Source: Orbicella franksi
Taxonomy: Eukaryota
Assembly: GCA_964199315.1 (NCBI GenBank)
Contig: OZ116710.1
Span: 17,546,001 to 17,610,000, forward strand
Direction of reading: 5' to 3'
Length of the DNA: 64,000 bases
Below are positions 24,955-36,091 of the stretch, one piece after another (the first letter of the stretch is position 1; every line of letters begins with the position of its first letter). The notes under the pieces were generated by a model, which had not been told where the DNA came from, made no database searches, and worked only from the letters and a program-made list of their open reading frames with translations. The position numbers were made by a program, and so were the translations under genes.

Positions 24955-25753
24955 TTAAATATTAACTGTGGGGCAGAATAAAGGGAATGAATGAGTTGCC
25001 AGTAATCGGATACCCGTGTTATGCGCAAAGGACTCCGGGATCGTCAGGGGGCAAGTCGCTAGATGAAAATGTATAGCGAAAAGTTGTTTCTACATCCAAA
25101 AAACGATTTTGGGGAGAGACCAATGCTTTTTCGCCGTTGTTTTATCGCAAATGGATTTGGGCAATGTTGATACATGGAAAATGTAAGTTTTGTTTGAATA
25201 ACCGTGAAATAAGTGATAAAATCTACCGATCAGTTTTTATGATGAGATCAGTTTTCATGATTTTGCGCCTAAATTATAACAGGAAATAGCATATTTTGTT
25301 CACTCTCTCAGCCATTCAAGACAGTTTAATCTTTATAATCTGTCTTGAGCCTTTTTTCTTTTTTTTTTCAAAACAGGAGACTAGAGACAAATGCTGTTAA
25401 TATCACTTATTTTGTTAATCGATGTTTAATTCCAGCGTCACAAAGAGAGGGAAGTATGGAAAAGCGCATGCCAAGTTCAGAATTAACAAAAATATTCAAT
25501 GAAATTTCAGTTTTAATGCCCAAAATTCAGTACCAAAAAGAACCAGAAATTTATAGGCTCGATAGCATTGTGTTTCCAAGTTTAAATTGATATTTATCAC
25601 AAGATTACGATCTGAGAGAGCACATACCCAGTGCATGGCCTCGTCCCATGATAATGTTTCTCAATGTTAATTTAGCACTTGGTCATACTGCGAGGCTGGT
25701 TTAGGAAAGACATGTGTTGGCCAAAACTGATTGGCTAAATGACGTAAAAAATA

Positions 25754-26300
25754 CCGTAGGTCCTCGAATTTGTGCCCGGGGCGCTAATTTCAAATCTAGG
25801 AGAAGACGGGGGCACTGATTCGCCGTTTTAAAGCGAGGGTGGGGGAGGGGGGAGAGAGGACGCTTATTTAATTTTTCCCAAATCGTGGTCAGATATGATC
25901 GGGGTATTTTTTTTGTAATAAATGTGTGTGTCAGTCTCTTAGAAGGATCCTGTCTCTTTTGGAGAACTACGTGATATAACACCTTTGACCAGTCTAGTCA
26001 TGCTGCACAAGGTTGGCTGGGCTTCAGTCAGTGAATCAGTAGATCGTCAGTATCATCCGTTGCAATGGTCAATTCGTAGTGCTTGAATGAGTCGATAATG
26101 ATTTGCTCGTGATTGCTCGTGATTGGACACGACCAAAACTATACATCTTTTGTTGTTTCAGTAACTCTTGCATAAAACAAGGGGAGGAGAGGGCGCGCCT
26201 ATTCGAGGGGAGGCGCTTATTTTAAATTTTGGCCGATAGAGGGGTCGCTTATTCCAAGGGGCGCTTATTTGAAGGGAGACACAAATTCGAGGATTCATGG
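25754..26300. mobile_element. Degenerate Tc1/mariner-like MITE
   Basis: TA|CCGTAGGTCCTCGAATTTGTG ... CACAAATTCGAGGATTCATGG imperfect TIRs, with internal GGCGCTTATT repeats. Confidence 0.55.
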
Positions 26301-26719
26301 TGCCCAAAAAACTTTCGCCTGGATTTTCGGAGCGCAATTTGTAAGGAAAGAGGAGCATAACATGTCCGGCGCTTTTAAAGAACTTTCCAAAGAGATATTT
26401 TTCGCTTTAATCCGTTAAGTACTCTTCGTGAAACTACTTTCGAGCGGGTTAGAATACAATTCCTGTCAGCTGCCAGTGCGCCTCATGTGAACCAGTCATG
26501 CAGAGAAATGACAAGACTTATTTTCGAAGTCAACATAGGATAAGCACATAAAAGATAATTTTCCTGCCGAGTGCTTTGAAAATGCTTTCCAAAGAGACCT
26601 CTATCGCGATCCAAACGGTGCGGTAGTTCCGGGGAAGCAGCTTTTTTTTCGCCGTGGACTTGCAAACCTTGGTAAATATTACACAGCACTTTCGAAGTTA
26701 AATATGCAAACATTTGCCC

Positions 26720-27030
26720 TCAGTGTAGTGCTCTACCAACTGAGCTGTCAAGCCAACTGGGAGCTGGTCACGTTGTGAATTCGTAATATACCCGTAGATG
26801 GTGACGAATACAAGTGAAGCCATGATTGATTATCGTGGCCAACTCCCAGATGAGCACTGTACTGATATCGATCTAGAGGTCATGGGTTCGAATCCCGTTC
26901 AAACCTGAATTTTTTCCAGGCTTCTAATTTCACAACTACTTAAGTTGTTTGTATAACTGCGATGATCAATCTTGTCCTCATATCATTCTCCGCAGTTCAA
27001 ATACGTGATCCTTCTATCATATTCACTTGA
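26720..27030. mobile_element. tRNA-derived SINE-like repeat
   Basis: A-box-like AGCTCAGTTGGTAGAGCAC on the minus strand (~26728-26746) and B-box-like GGTTCGAATCCC on the plus strand (~26886-26897). No complete cloverleaf. Confidence 0.6.
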
Positions 27031-27501
27031 ATACAAGTCTTGGCGCTGTGCCGGTAATCATTCGTGCAAGGGAATGATAAGACTACTATTTTAACTTCGG
27101 AGAAACACGTGTAAGATATTTTTCCTTCCCAGCGCTTTGAAAATGATTTCCAATGCAAACAGTATGGTATTAAAAAAAAGATTTTATTTCTCTGTTAACC
27201 GGTTAGATTTCTACTTTCGGATTTAAATGGACGCGACCCGAATGACTGTTGGGCATTGGCTGCGCAATCATGGGACCGAGTCTAATATACCTTTCACAGC
27301 GTAACGCGAAGATTAAAATAGATTGGAAAAGATTATCATAGACACGGGAATTTGTTCTCTCAGGATCATAATCTCTGGTATTAATACTGTTGTTGTTACT
27401 ATTGTCATATAAATTGTGGGGTTTTCAGCAGATTGCTTTGTTTTCGAGATGAGGCGTTTTGGAATTTGAGATTTGGAATTTTATCCTCGTATCTTCAGAA
27501 T

Positions 27502-30432
27502 TTAAGCCTGTGGAGGTAGTACTTCTTCCACATAAATCCGGGACACTGAGTTCCAACCCGTGTACGCGTCAGCAGATCCTTGACTGGCACAGTTACCAAC
27601 CCAGAATCCCACGCGGACAGTGCCCTTGGCGATGTTCTCACACACTCCTTCGATGTGGCGAGGGCGGTGTAAATCTTTCTTGCCACCATTTCCGTGTACC
27701 ATATAGACCACGCCATCAATCGCCTCTGGACCTGAGCACTCAGCTCCGTTGAAGGTAAAATACCATCGTCTGCAGCAGGCATGGCAGTTATAGATGCGAA
27801 GATTGCCACTCCAGAAGACGCGCAGGCTTGTTTGGTCTGACGCTTTGTTGAAAAGACATTCCTGCAAAAATTAATTGAACGGGAAATTTTGAACAGGAAG
27901 GGTGACCATGGGACGTTAAAATATAAGTTCAAATCTCTGAAAGAAAACGTTTCTTCAGCTCGGCCTGGATTCATAGCAGTACTTTTATCGACGTCTACCT
28001 TGTTAACGAGTATAACATGGCACGGTCATGTTTAGACACGAGATATTGTAATGGAAGCGTTGTAACTCGCTCTATGCTGCATATTTGTTAGTTAATTTCA
28101 GCTTAAAGGCAGTTGTAATGCATCATGGTATCTGTGCTATGGAATTATAAGAGTCCAAACTATGGCATAAGACCAAATTAACTTTTAAAGGCCCTTTCTT
28201 ACATACCTACGAATAAATACAATCTGTGACAAACGAGGGTCACAAGAAAATAGCTTCCGAATTAATTTTAATGCTTTTGCTAGGCTGTGAAAGCGCCTAC
28301 AGAAGAGTATATTACTCTATATTTCACGACCAAGATGAAGGGCCGCCTGCACCTCTTCCAAGCCGTTAAATTGAATCGAGACTTTTCAGTTCAGTCATCT
28401 GTCTCACTAAACATATCTCACTGAAAAGGTCAAAATACAGTTGGCGAAGATAAAAATATTAAAACAAACTCGAAAAAAAAACCAAACCCTTCAAGAATAA
28501 GAAATTCAAGTTTAGGTGCTGACGTGTTTCTTAGCAAGGAGTTCACTGGCAGCATACCAGTAACGCAATGTAGTCAAATGAGGTTGCCACAGTGCTATCC
28601 CTGTAGGAGACGTGTGCTAGTGTGATAGTTCGTTGGACCCCACTTGAAGCGGTCTAGGCTAGAAACCTCTTTTAAAAACTGGTGCTGCTGTGCTGTTAAG
28701 AAACGTGACAAACTGCAGGTTGGGGGAAAAAGGGGTTAATTTGCGAGGGGCCAGAGAGCTGAACAAGTACATTGTGTAATGGGTAAAAATGTCACACGAG
28801 ATAGCCGAAAGAATGGTAAGTGTAACATTTACCTTGATCAATCCAGTATCCTTCCCGTCGTTAATATTTTTCCAAACACACTGTTTCCAGTTACTTGTCA
28901 GCGTCCCTGGAAGTCCCTGGGGGCCTGGAGGGCCTTGACTTCCTGGTTTGCCATCATAGCCTTGGTCTCCACGTTGTCCCATGGGTCCTTGCGGGCCGAG
29001 CGACCCCCCAGCACCTGCTGGTCCGGCGGGACCCGGGCTGCCAGGGATACCTGGGATTCCTGGTGCGCCACAACAGCAACTTTGACCGCAAGTCGGTTGA
29101 ATTTCCTTAATGTAGAAAGCAAAATGAGCATTTGTTAGCTCATAAAAGTTGCTTTGGAACACAGAACGGATACATCTATTCTTCCATTCTTTCCGAATGG
29201 TCTTTGACCTCTTTGGTAGACTGCGAGACTGAATTTTTGATACGAAAAAAAATATTAAGAGTTTCCTTTTATTACATTCATAATTACAGCCATAACAAGA
29301 AATTGAGCATCGGATGGGTTAATTAGACGTCTGTGGTCAAACCTAGCAGAAAGATTTCACAGGAGCGTTTAGAGTGAAGAGGTTGGTAACAATAATAGAT
29401 ATGTCATAATATTTACTTTGATTTTAAAAATCATTTCTATTTACACGGCTAAAAAAGTTAAAAGTAAAAAACCGAACGTTTTCGACACTAGGTGATTTTC
29501 AGATATCATGCACTTACTAAAGAAGAAGGGGAGTGTGACGCGGTCACTTAAGGGCGCGTTCCTCAGTACGGAGGGTTGATCATCCCAAGGGACACACATC
29601 AATTCGGTTTTGGTCATATTTAGAGTCAGTTTGCTTCCTATCAGCAAATTGTGAGCATTTTCTAAATCTTGATTTAGATGCAACTGAACATTGTCTGCAC
29701 TATCCCCTGCATATGTAAGATTGTTGTCATCAGCGTACATCCTCGGTTCACAATTTGACAGACAGTTTGGAAGATCATTGATATATAATAGAAATAGTAG
29801 TGGCCCCGCAATCCTCCCCTGGGGGACGTAACAACTTAATGAACAACTTTTAGAGAGCGACGGGTTGATGGGGTACATTTGAGTACCATTCTCTAAATAT
29901 GACTGAAACCATTTGTGCGCGTTTCCATATATGCCGTGGTCTCTTAATTTTGACAAGAGGATCTCGTGGTCAGCTGTGGCGAAGACCTTTTTTTAGGTCT
30001 AAGAAAACAACGCATTGATTTTACCGCGGTCAATGTTGTACGCCCACGTGTCCGTGGCCTCAAGGAGAGGCGAGACAGTTGAGTGTATAGCACGAAAATC
30101 CGATTGATATTTATAGATGATGTCATGCTCTTCTATGTAGGCGTATAATAATTATTGACCATAGACGATTCCTTCAAAGACCTTGGCCACAACTGAGATC
30201 ACTTATGTTATCTTATCTTATTTTATCTTATCTTACCTTTTTAATCAGCCTGATTTTAAGTATTAGGGATTGATTTATACTGACTAGCTTTTTAATGTAA
30301 TCAACTCACTTTGTCTTGACTTGAACTTGCACTTGATTTGCTGTCTGCTGTGGCGCAGAAAGCGATCAGCGGTAAAACGAGTAAACTCAACATGGTGTGG
30401 GAAATGTTCATTTGACTTTGATATGATGGCAT
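27502..30432 (-). CDS. CTHRC1: CTHRC1-like secreted short collagen, complete, 251 aa. Coding exons 30310-30432, 28833-29105, 27502-27861
   Basis: Signal peptide, CGQSCCC, 19 Gly-X-Y triplets, then NWKQCVW...ECLFNK...[10 protein letters not shown]...[17 protein letters not shown]...[13 protein letters not shown], which matches the CTHRC1 C-terminal domain. Both introns are phase-0 GT-AG; 123+273+360 nt. Confidence 0.92.
29590..30150 (-). mobile_element. Degenerate LINE RT fragment (duplicate of 766-1345)
   Basis: KWFQSYL, VPQG, YINDLP and MYADD motifs in ORF 29441-29956. Confidence 0.85.
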
Positions 30433-30463
30433 TTGATCTGCGAGTAAGAATAAATAGAGAATA

Positions 30464-31778
30464 CAGTGAAACCTGTATTAAGCGGACACCATCTATTAAA
30501 ATTTCTTCCCACATTAACTTTAAAATAAACCTGCGTGCAGCGGATGGGGACACCAATATCAAGCCATTTTGTCGCACAAAACCTGCAAAGCGGACACTTC
30601 AAGGGCTTTTTACCTCTAAAAGCTCAGCACAGACTCCTTTAACATCGGTCAGCGATGTCATTTTAAAGCTAAGTAAATTATTTTAGATTGATACGTTTAC
30701 TCGCGGCATGAACATTGTGTTAGACTGTGTTAGACTGTGTTACAAAAGATTTAATAATTGCGTTCGACGAAGTGGAACGCAAACCTAATTGTGACCTGTG
30801 GCTTTTCAGAGTTGGTTGCCCTGTGCATGGTTATAGGCCGAAAACCCCACATTCCTGTAAGGACACCAAAATGGCCACCCCGCTTGATTTTTGCAGGGGC
30901 ATGTCACGGCCAATAAACTGGTAGCGTTTAATGCTAAGACATGTGATAAGACATGTGGCGAACATGTGAGTGTGTGAGCAGGCTATGTGAGCTCGTCTTT
31001 CCTATGGATCTTTCTTTGACTTCTTTCCATTCAGTCGCCGTACGCTTCGCTATTATGTGGTCTCAGCGTTAGGTTTTGGCGAATTTAAACGCTTCGACGG
31101 TGGCATTTAACGAAATCTGAGGGAATTGTCCTTGTTTATTAACGCGACTTGGCTTTGGGATGATAATCGTGGGAACAGCTACATTTTGATTGCATTTGTT
31201 GATTGGTTCAGTCGCGACAGATAGCTCAGTCTTTATCCGGTCGCAATTTTATTGTTTGGAATCGGTGGAAAAGTACTCTGTAGGCAAGATCCATAAGACT
31301 ACTTTATTCATTAGGGGAAATACTCGAATTAGTCGCACGAAGTTTGTTTACGATAATCGACCACGCGAAACGATCACGCGATTGCAAATGCTAGCTTAGA
31401 ATAATGTACGTAATTTAAATATTCTATGAAACTTGAGAGTCTACAGAAACTGGCAGCGTCACGCAACGTATCGACAAATCGTGACCTCTTCACTAGCATG
31501 GACTTTGACACTATGCATATCTGACTGTAAAACCTCGGTTGCTGCTGAAAAATGCTAATTTTAGCAATAGACAAAGGTTGAAAGTCAGCTAGTGAAATCA
31601 TTTATTTAGGGTATATATATGTTAATGTGAGAGCGTCGAACGCGCTCTCATAATCTCTGATTACTACTAGTTAACTAATACTCCACAATATATTAGAACC
31701 TGTTTAGAGCGAACACCCTGTATTAAGGGCACATTAGCGAGTGTCCCAAGGGTGTCCCTTTTAATTCCAGTGTCACTG
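30464..31778. mobile_element. Tc1/mariner-like non-autonomous element (duplicate of 1651-2964)
   Basis: Same TA-flanked imperfect TIRs. Confidence 0.6.
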
Positions 31779-32543
31779 TAGTACCACAGTATGTGGCTGT
31801 GTGCAGAAATTTGCAAATTCTCCATGGGTAATTAACTTGATATCTTTTTATATAACACCAACATAAAAAGAAATAAGAAGATGTTGACTATTCCTGAAAA
31901 TTGTTTGTTTGAAAATGATCCTCAGTCAAGCGAAAGTTTCCGGTCATTTTCCGAAAAATTCCAAAGATTCCTCGAAGATTTAGGAGAGACATTTATAATT
32001 GTGTTCGACTATTACTGTTCAGTTTATTCATTAGGTTAAAAGAGACTGTCGGACAGACATTGGAAAATGTTTCGACTAACAGTGTTTCATTACTTGGCAA
32101 TCGTTATTTCATCGTAAAATTGTCAGCGGTAAAAGTCTGCATCACAGTTTGTATGACAAAATCAGTCGTGGCTTACAGTCTGGTGATGTGCGACTTATGA
32201 CCTCGGTTCTTCATTTTGGTTTTGACTTACAATGTAGAAAAGGACATTTGTGAGATTAGTTTCTTTTGTCATTTAGTCGAGTCGTAAAGACTGGTTTTCA
32301 TGTGATCTTTACGGTAGCTACAAAAAAAAGTCGAGGCAACCCACTTGACGTGAAAACTTCGTTTTTGTTCTAGAGGAAAAGGTTCTTACGTGTGTGTAGT
32401 TTCCAGTATTCAAGCGTGTACCGTACAAAGTCATCCGATACATAATGTGGGTTAGCGGTTATCAAGAAATACCTTCAATTCATCATTTACTGAGCAAAGC
32501 AAAACAAAGTTACTGCATTTAAGTTCATCGGTTAAGTGCCTAC

Positions 32544-32604
32544 CTTGCAGCTGTGGTTGTGGAAGAAAATACTCACAATTTGAAGAACGTTTTAGCTTTA
32601 TATA
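32544..32604 (-). promoter_or_regulatory. Candidate TATA box and non-coding first exon, right CTHRC1-like copy
   Basis: TATATAAA and the CAAG|GTAGGC donor are conserved with 3744-3804. Confidence 0.4.
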
Positions 32605-33855
32605 TCCAGTTTCTGGAAAACACCAGTGTCATGTTTCTAAAATATTAAAGTTATCTCTTGGTCTGTTCCGGTTTGAAAGGGTACAGGTTAAGACATGTTT
32701 GAAAGTTGAGCACGTTCCCCCAAAAATTATCACAACAAAACAACAACAACAACAAATTTGTAAACTATTCTACAGTGTTGAGGAAACATATCAAACACCG
32801 GAGACAAGGTTTTATCACATTCCTGAACACCGAAAAAAAGTTGAAAATAGGACGTGCAGCACAGTGGAGTATTTTTGACGAACTTCGGACTTCGGCACGA
32901 CCTTCGACACGTTCTGCTCCTCACCACGAAGATCCAATTAACACATTGTCCTTGAAGTTTGCTGAGGTTCATGATTGTTTCTTTGTGATCTATCGAAACA
33001 GCAATTCACGCTCTTAACACGTGGATATATTTGTACGTGCGCTATAAATTACCCAGCGTTAAACACCTGATTAGCTGCGTGTAGTGTTGTTTGTATAAGG
33101 ACTGCCACATGATTCATTCATGTGAAAAGGATTTTGTTAACACCTATAAATCCTCAGTTCAGCCTGACTGACATTTATTACGGTTAATTTATTTAGCCCA
33201 AAGCACAGCTATTGAATGTAATGCCTTCTAGTACAACGAATAATTACAAAAGAGACTGCAAAATTACAAACGAGATGACTCTGAGAAGACAATTTTAATA
33301 AATGTTAAAATCTTCGATTACATATGTGCACAGTTAATCAATCAGCTTTAATGTACTGGTAATTTTGTAATATATTGAGGACCTTTGTAATCCCTAAACA
33401 ATTTGAGGGCTTTTTTATGCGCTCAAAACCAGTCCGTTCAGCAACAACCTTACACAATTTAGCGATCCAGCAAACGTACGTGGACAATTTTCGTTTTCTT
33501 TTTGTTACTATTTGAGACAATTCGATTGCTTCTGGAATAAAGTACATCCCCGAGGGTTTCCACCGACTGCCTTGATAATTAGTCTAGCGTCCGTTCTCCT
33601 GGTTAAGATTCTCGTCAGATAAATCTTGTCTAAAAGTTTCAATGTTTGAATCCACCACCACTTCCGTAATTGAAGTCTGGTGTGTCCCAGGCTCCCAATT
33701 TGTAAAGGTAGTCGGGCGTTTTGCAGCGAGCGGAAGCTGGTCCTTTCGGCCTATCTCTCCTCCCAGTTCTCATTCCACTCATTGTCTTCCCCTTCGTCGC
33801 CATCATTCGCGCTACGAATCCGATCTTGGTCTACGTGCTTCTGCGACCGTTGCAC

Positions 33856-36091
33856 TCACAACTGGGACACCGATAAACGACGCAGATCATGTCGCACTCC
33901 GCACTTGGATGCATCCAGGCTGGTCTCGCCAATACGCGTGGTGGCGGTGCGGCTGGGCTCAACCGAAGCACCTCTGAAAAGGTTTCTGAAGGCGCGCTTG
34001 AATTCGTTCAACCTGAGCATGTAAATGATCGGGTTTAGAGCGCTGTTTACTCCCAACATCACAATAACGGCAGAGCGGATTGCATCGGGTACTCCACTGG
34101 GACCGAGTTTGACGGTGAGCAGGACATAGACCACCGCTGGGACATAGCAAAGCACAAACGCTCCAATCACCATTACTGTAAGAAAAAAAAAGAGAAATTA
34201 AAAAGATATCTATATTAACTACTAGAAATGGCACGATGGTGAACGTTCACTGATCTTAGCTGGTCTAGGGGACGCCACACCCTTCGTATCATCACACTAG
34301 CAGCATAACCTACAGAAATATACAGGGTTTACTGCAATACGAACCAGTGGGAGGAAGAGCCGATAGACTGGAGCGTAACGAAAAGTGAAAGAGAAAAAAT
34401 AATGTGGTTGGCCCTTATATCTACAATCATGAGCAAAAATATCGGGCAAATTTACACTTGTGGCGCTTTCTCACGTAAAACAAACAGTCGCGGGCGAATT
34501 CAACTACACTTGCTCACCCCCTCACCGTGCTCGTAAGTTTTCCTGTCCTGTCATTTATATTGGATGGCGGACAGGGACATGGCAAGGCATTTCAAAAAGG
34601 ATTTTTCCAACTTCAGTCTGCATGTTGTAAAACACAGATAACAAATGGCAATACAACAGCGGTCAAGGCTCGAGCCTTGGCCGGGGACAGTGTGCTGTTT
34701 CTTGGTCAAGACACTATTCTCTCACATTGTCTCTTCTCATCCCGGTGCTTAAATCAGTTCCAGAAAATTTAATGCTAAGAGGTAACCCTGGGATGTACCA
34801 GCATACGACTGTTCGAGCACTGTTCGCGCGTTCGAGCCAAGTGGCCTGATGGGCCACTTGGCTTGAATGCCGACTTCACCTTAACCTTACCCTTGGGTGT
34901 AATCAAGTGTCGTGAGCTCAAAATCATCTCCCACAGTGCAGGCGCGTACAATTGCGACACGAAAAAAGAAAAAAAGAAAAAAAAAAAAAAAAAAGGCCGT
35001 AAAAAACAAAGGTCGACAAACCTTGACAAGGAACAATACTGGCCCTAGTAATAATTTTTATCTACGCTTCCGCGGGAGAGTGTTAATATTATTTTTAATT
35101 TGCTATCACACACACGATGTCCGTTTCATAAAATAGGCATTTGTAGCTCACGCGTTTGACTATGCTATTGGTTTCTTTTAGTCCTAAACATAGAATTTCC
35201 TGGTTAAAATGCGCATTTAATGTATTTTCTGTCAGTCCTGTCAGTGACCTAATTGGATAAAATCTCAATATGCTTCGGAAACTAAATTACTATAGTAAAG
35301 GGAAACAAAATTTAAACTATCAATCTCTTGCTACCTATTGTCTTCATCCATTTCATCTCTTTCCTCCTCCTTCTTCTCATGTCAGCTATCTCAGGATTCA
35401 GGTTTTCGCCAGGCTCAACTCGGTTGCTCTGAAACCAAGAGATCTTAGCGATGTGGCCGTAGACGAATATCAGCACCGCAAAAGGAATCGCATCGAACAG
35501 AGTGATGTTGAAGACAAGATGGACTTTGTGCAACAAGCCAGGTTCACTAGTGGACTCTGAGCAACCTAAGATGCTTGTTCTAAACTGAGTGCTGTCACTG
35601 TCGACATAAAACAGGGGCAATACCACCATGGAAACCACAGGAGCACCCCAGGCTACTAACAAGGCTAGTTTTACGCGTGTTCTGGTGACAATTTCGGTGT
35701 ACCTCAGAGGGCAAAGGATAGCTATGTAGCGATCGCAACTGAGTAGACAAATGTGAGCAATATCGACGTGCACGAGTGTTGCTTGTATGATTACGAAATG
35801 CTCGCACAATTTGGACACAGCCTCAAAGTCGTAGAGCCAGATCAAGCGAAAGAGAAGACACGACAGCCAGGAGAAGTCAGACATTGCTAAGCTGGCCAGA
35901 ATATAACTGTCTGGTTTTTGACGGAGGCTTCTCACGCGCCAAATGGCCAAGCAAACACAGATGTTACCAACCAAGTTTGCTATGACAGTGGGGCCTAGAA
36001 CTGCAGTTTGCAAGGCTGTGGATACCATACTCGGAGACGACACAGTGAAGCTCCCGCCAGAATGTCGAGACCCGTCAAACGAATCGCCCAT
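33856..36091 (-). CDS. Orphan class A GPCR type A, copy A2, intact, 358 aa. Exons 35335-36091 and 33856-34175
   Basis: 757+320 nt, phase-1 GT-AG intron. Motifs: GN, LAMSD, C3.25, DRY, CYVP, NSALNPIIY. Confidence 0.92.

Noticed and set aside
26720-27030. Functional tRNA gene
   Set aside because: The A-box-like and B-box-like motifs lie on opposite strands and no full cloverleaf forms. It fits a tRNA-derived repeat.
28659-29162. 167-aa ORF as a single CDS
   Set aside because: Only 28833-29105 is exon. The flanks are intron read-through beyond clear AG/GT sites.
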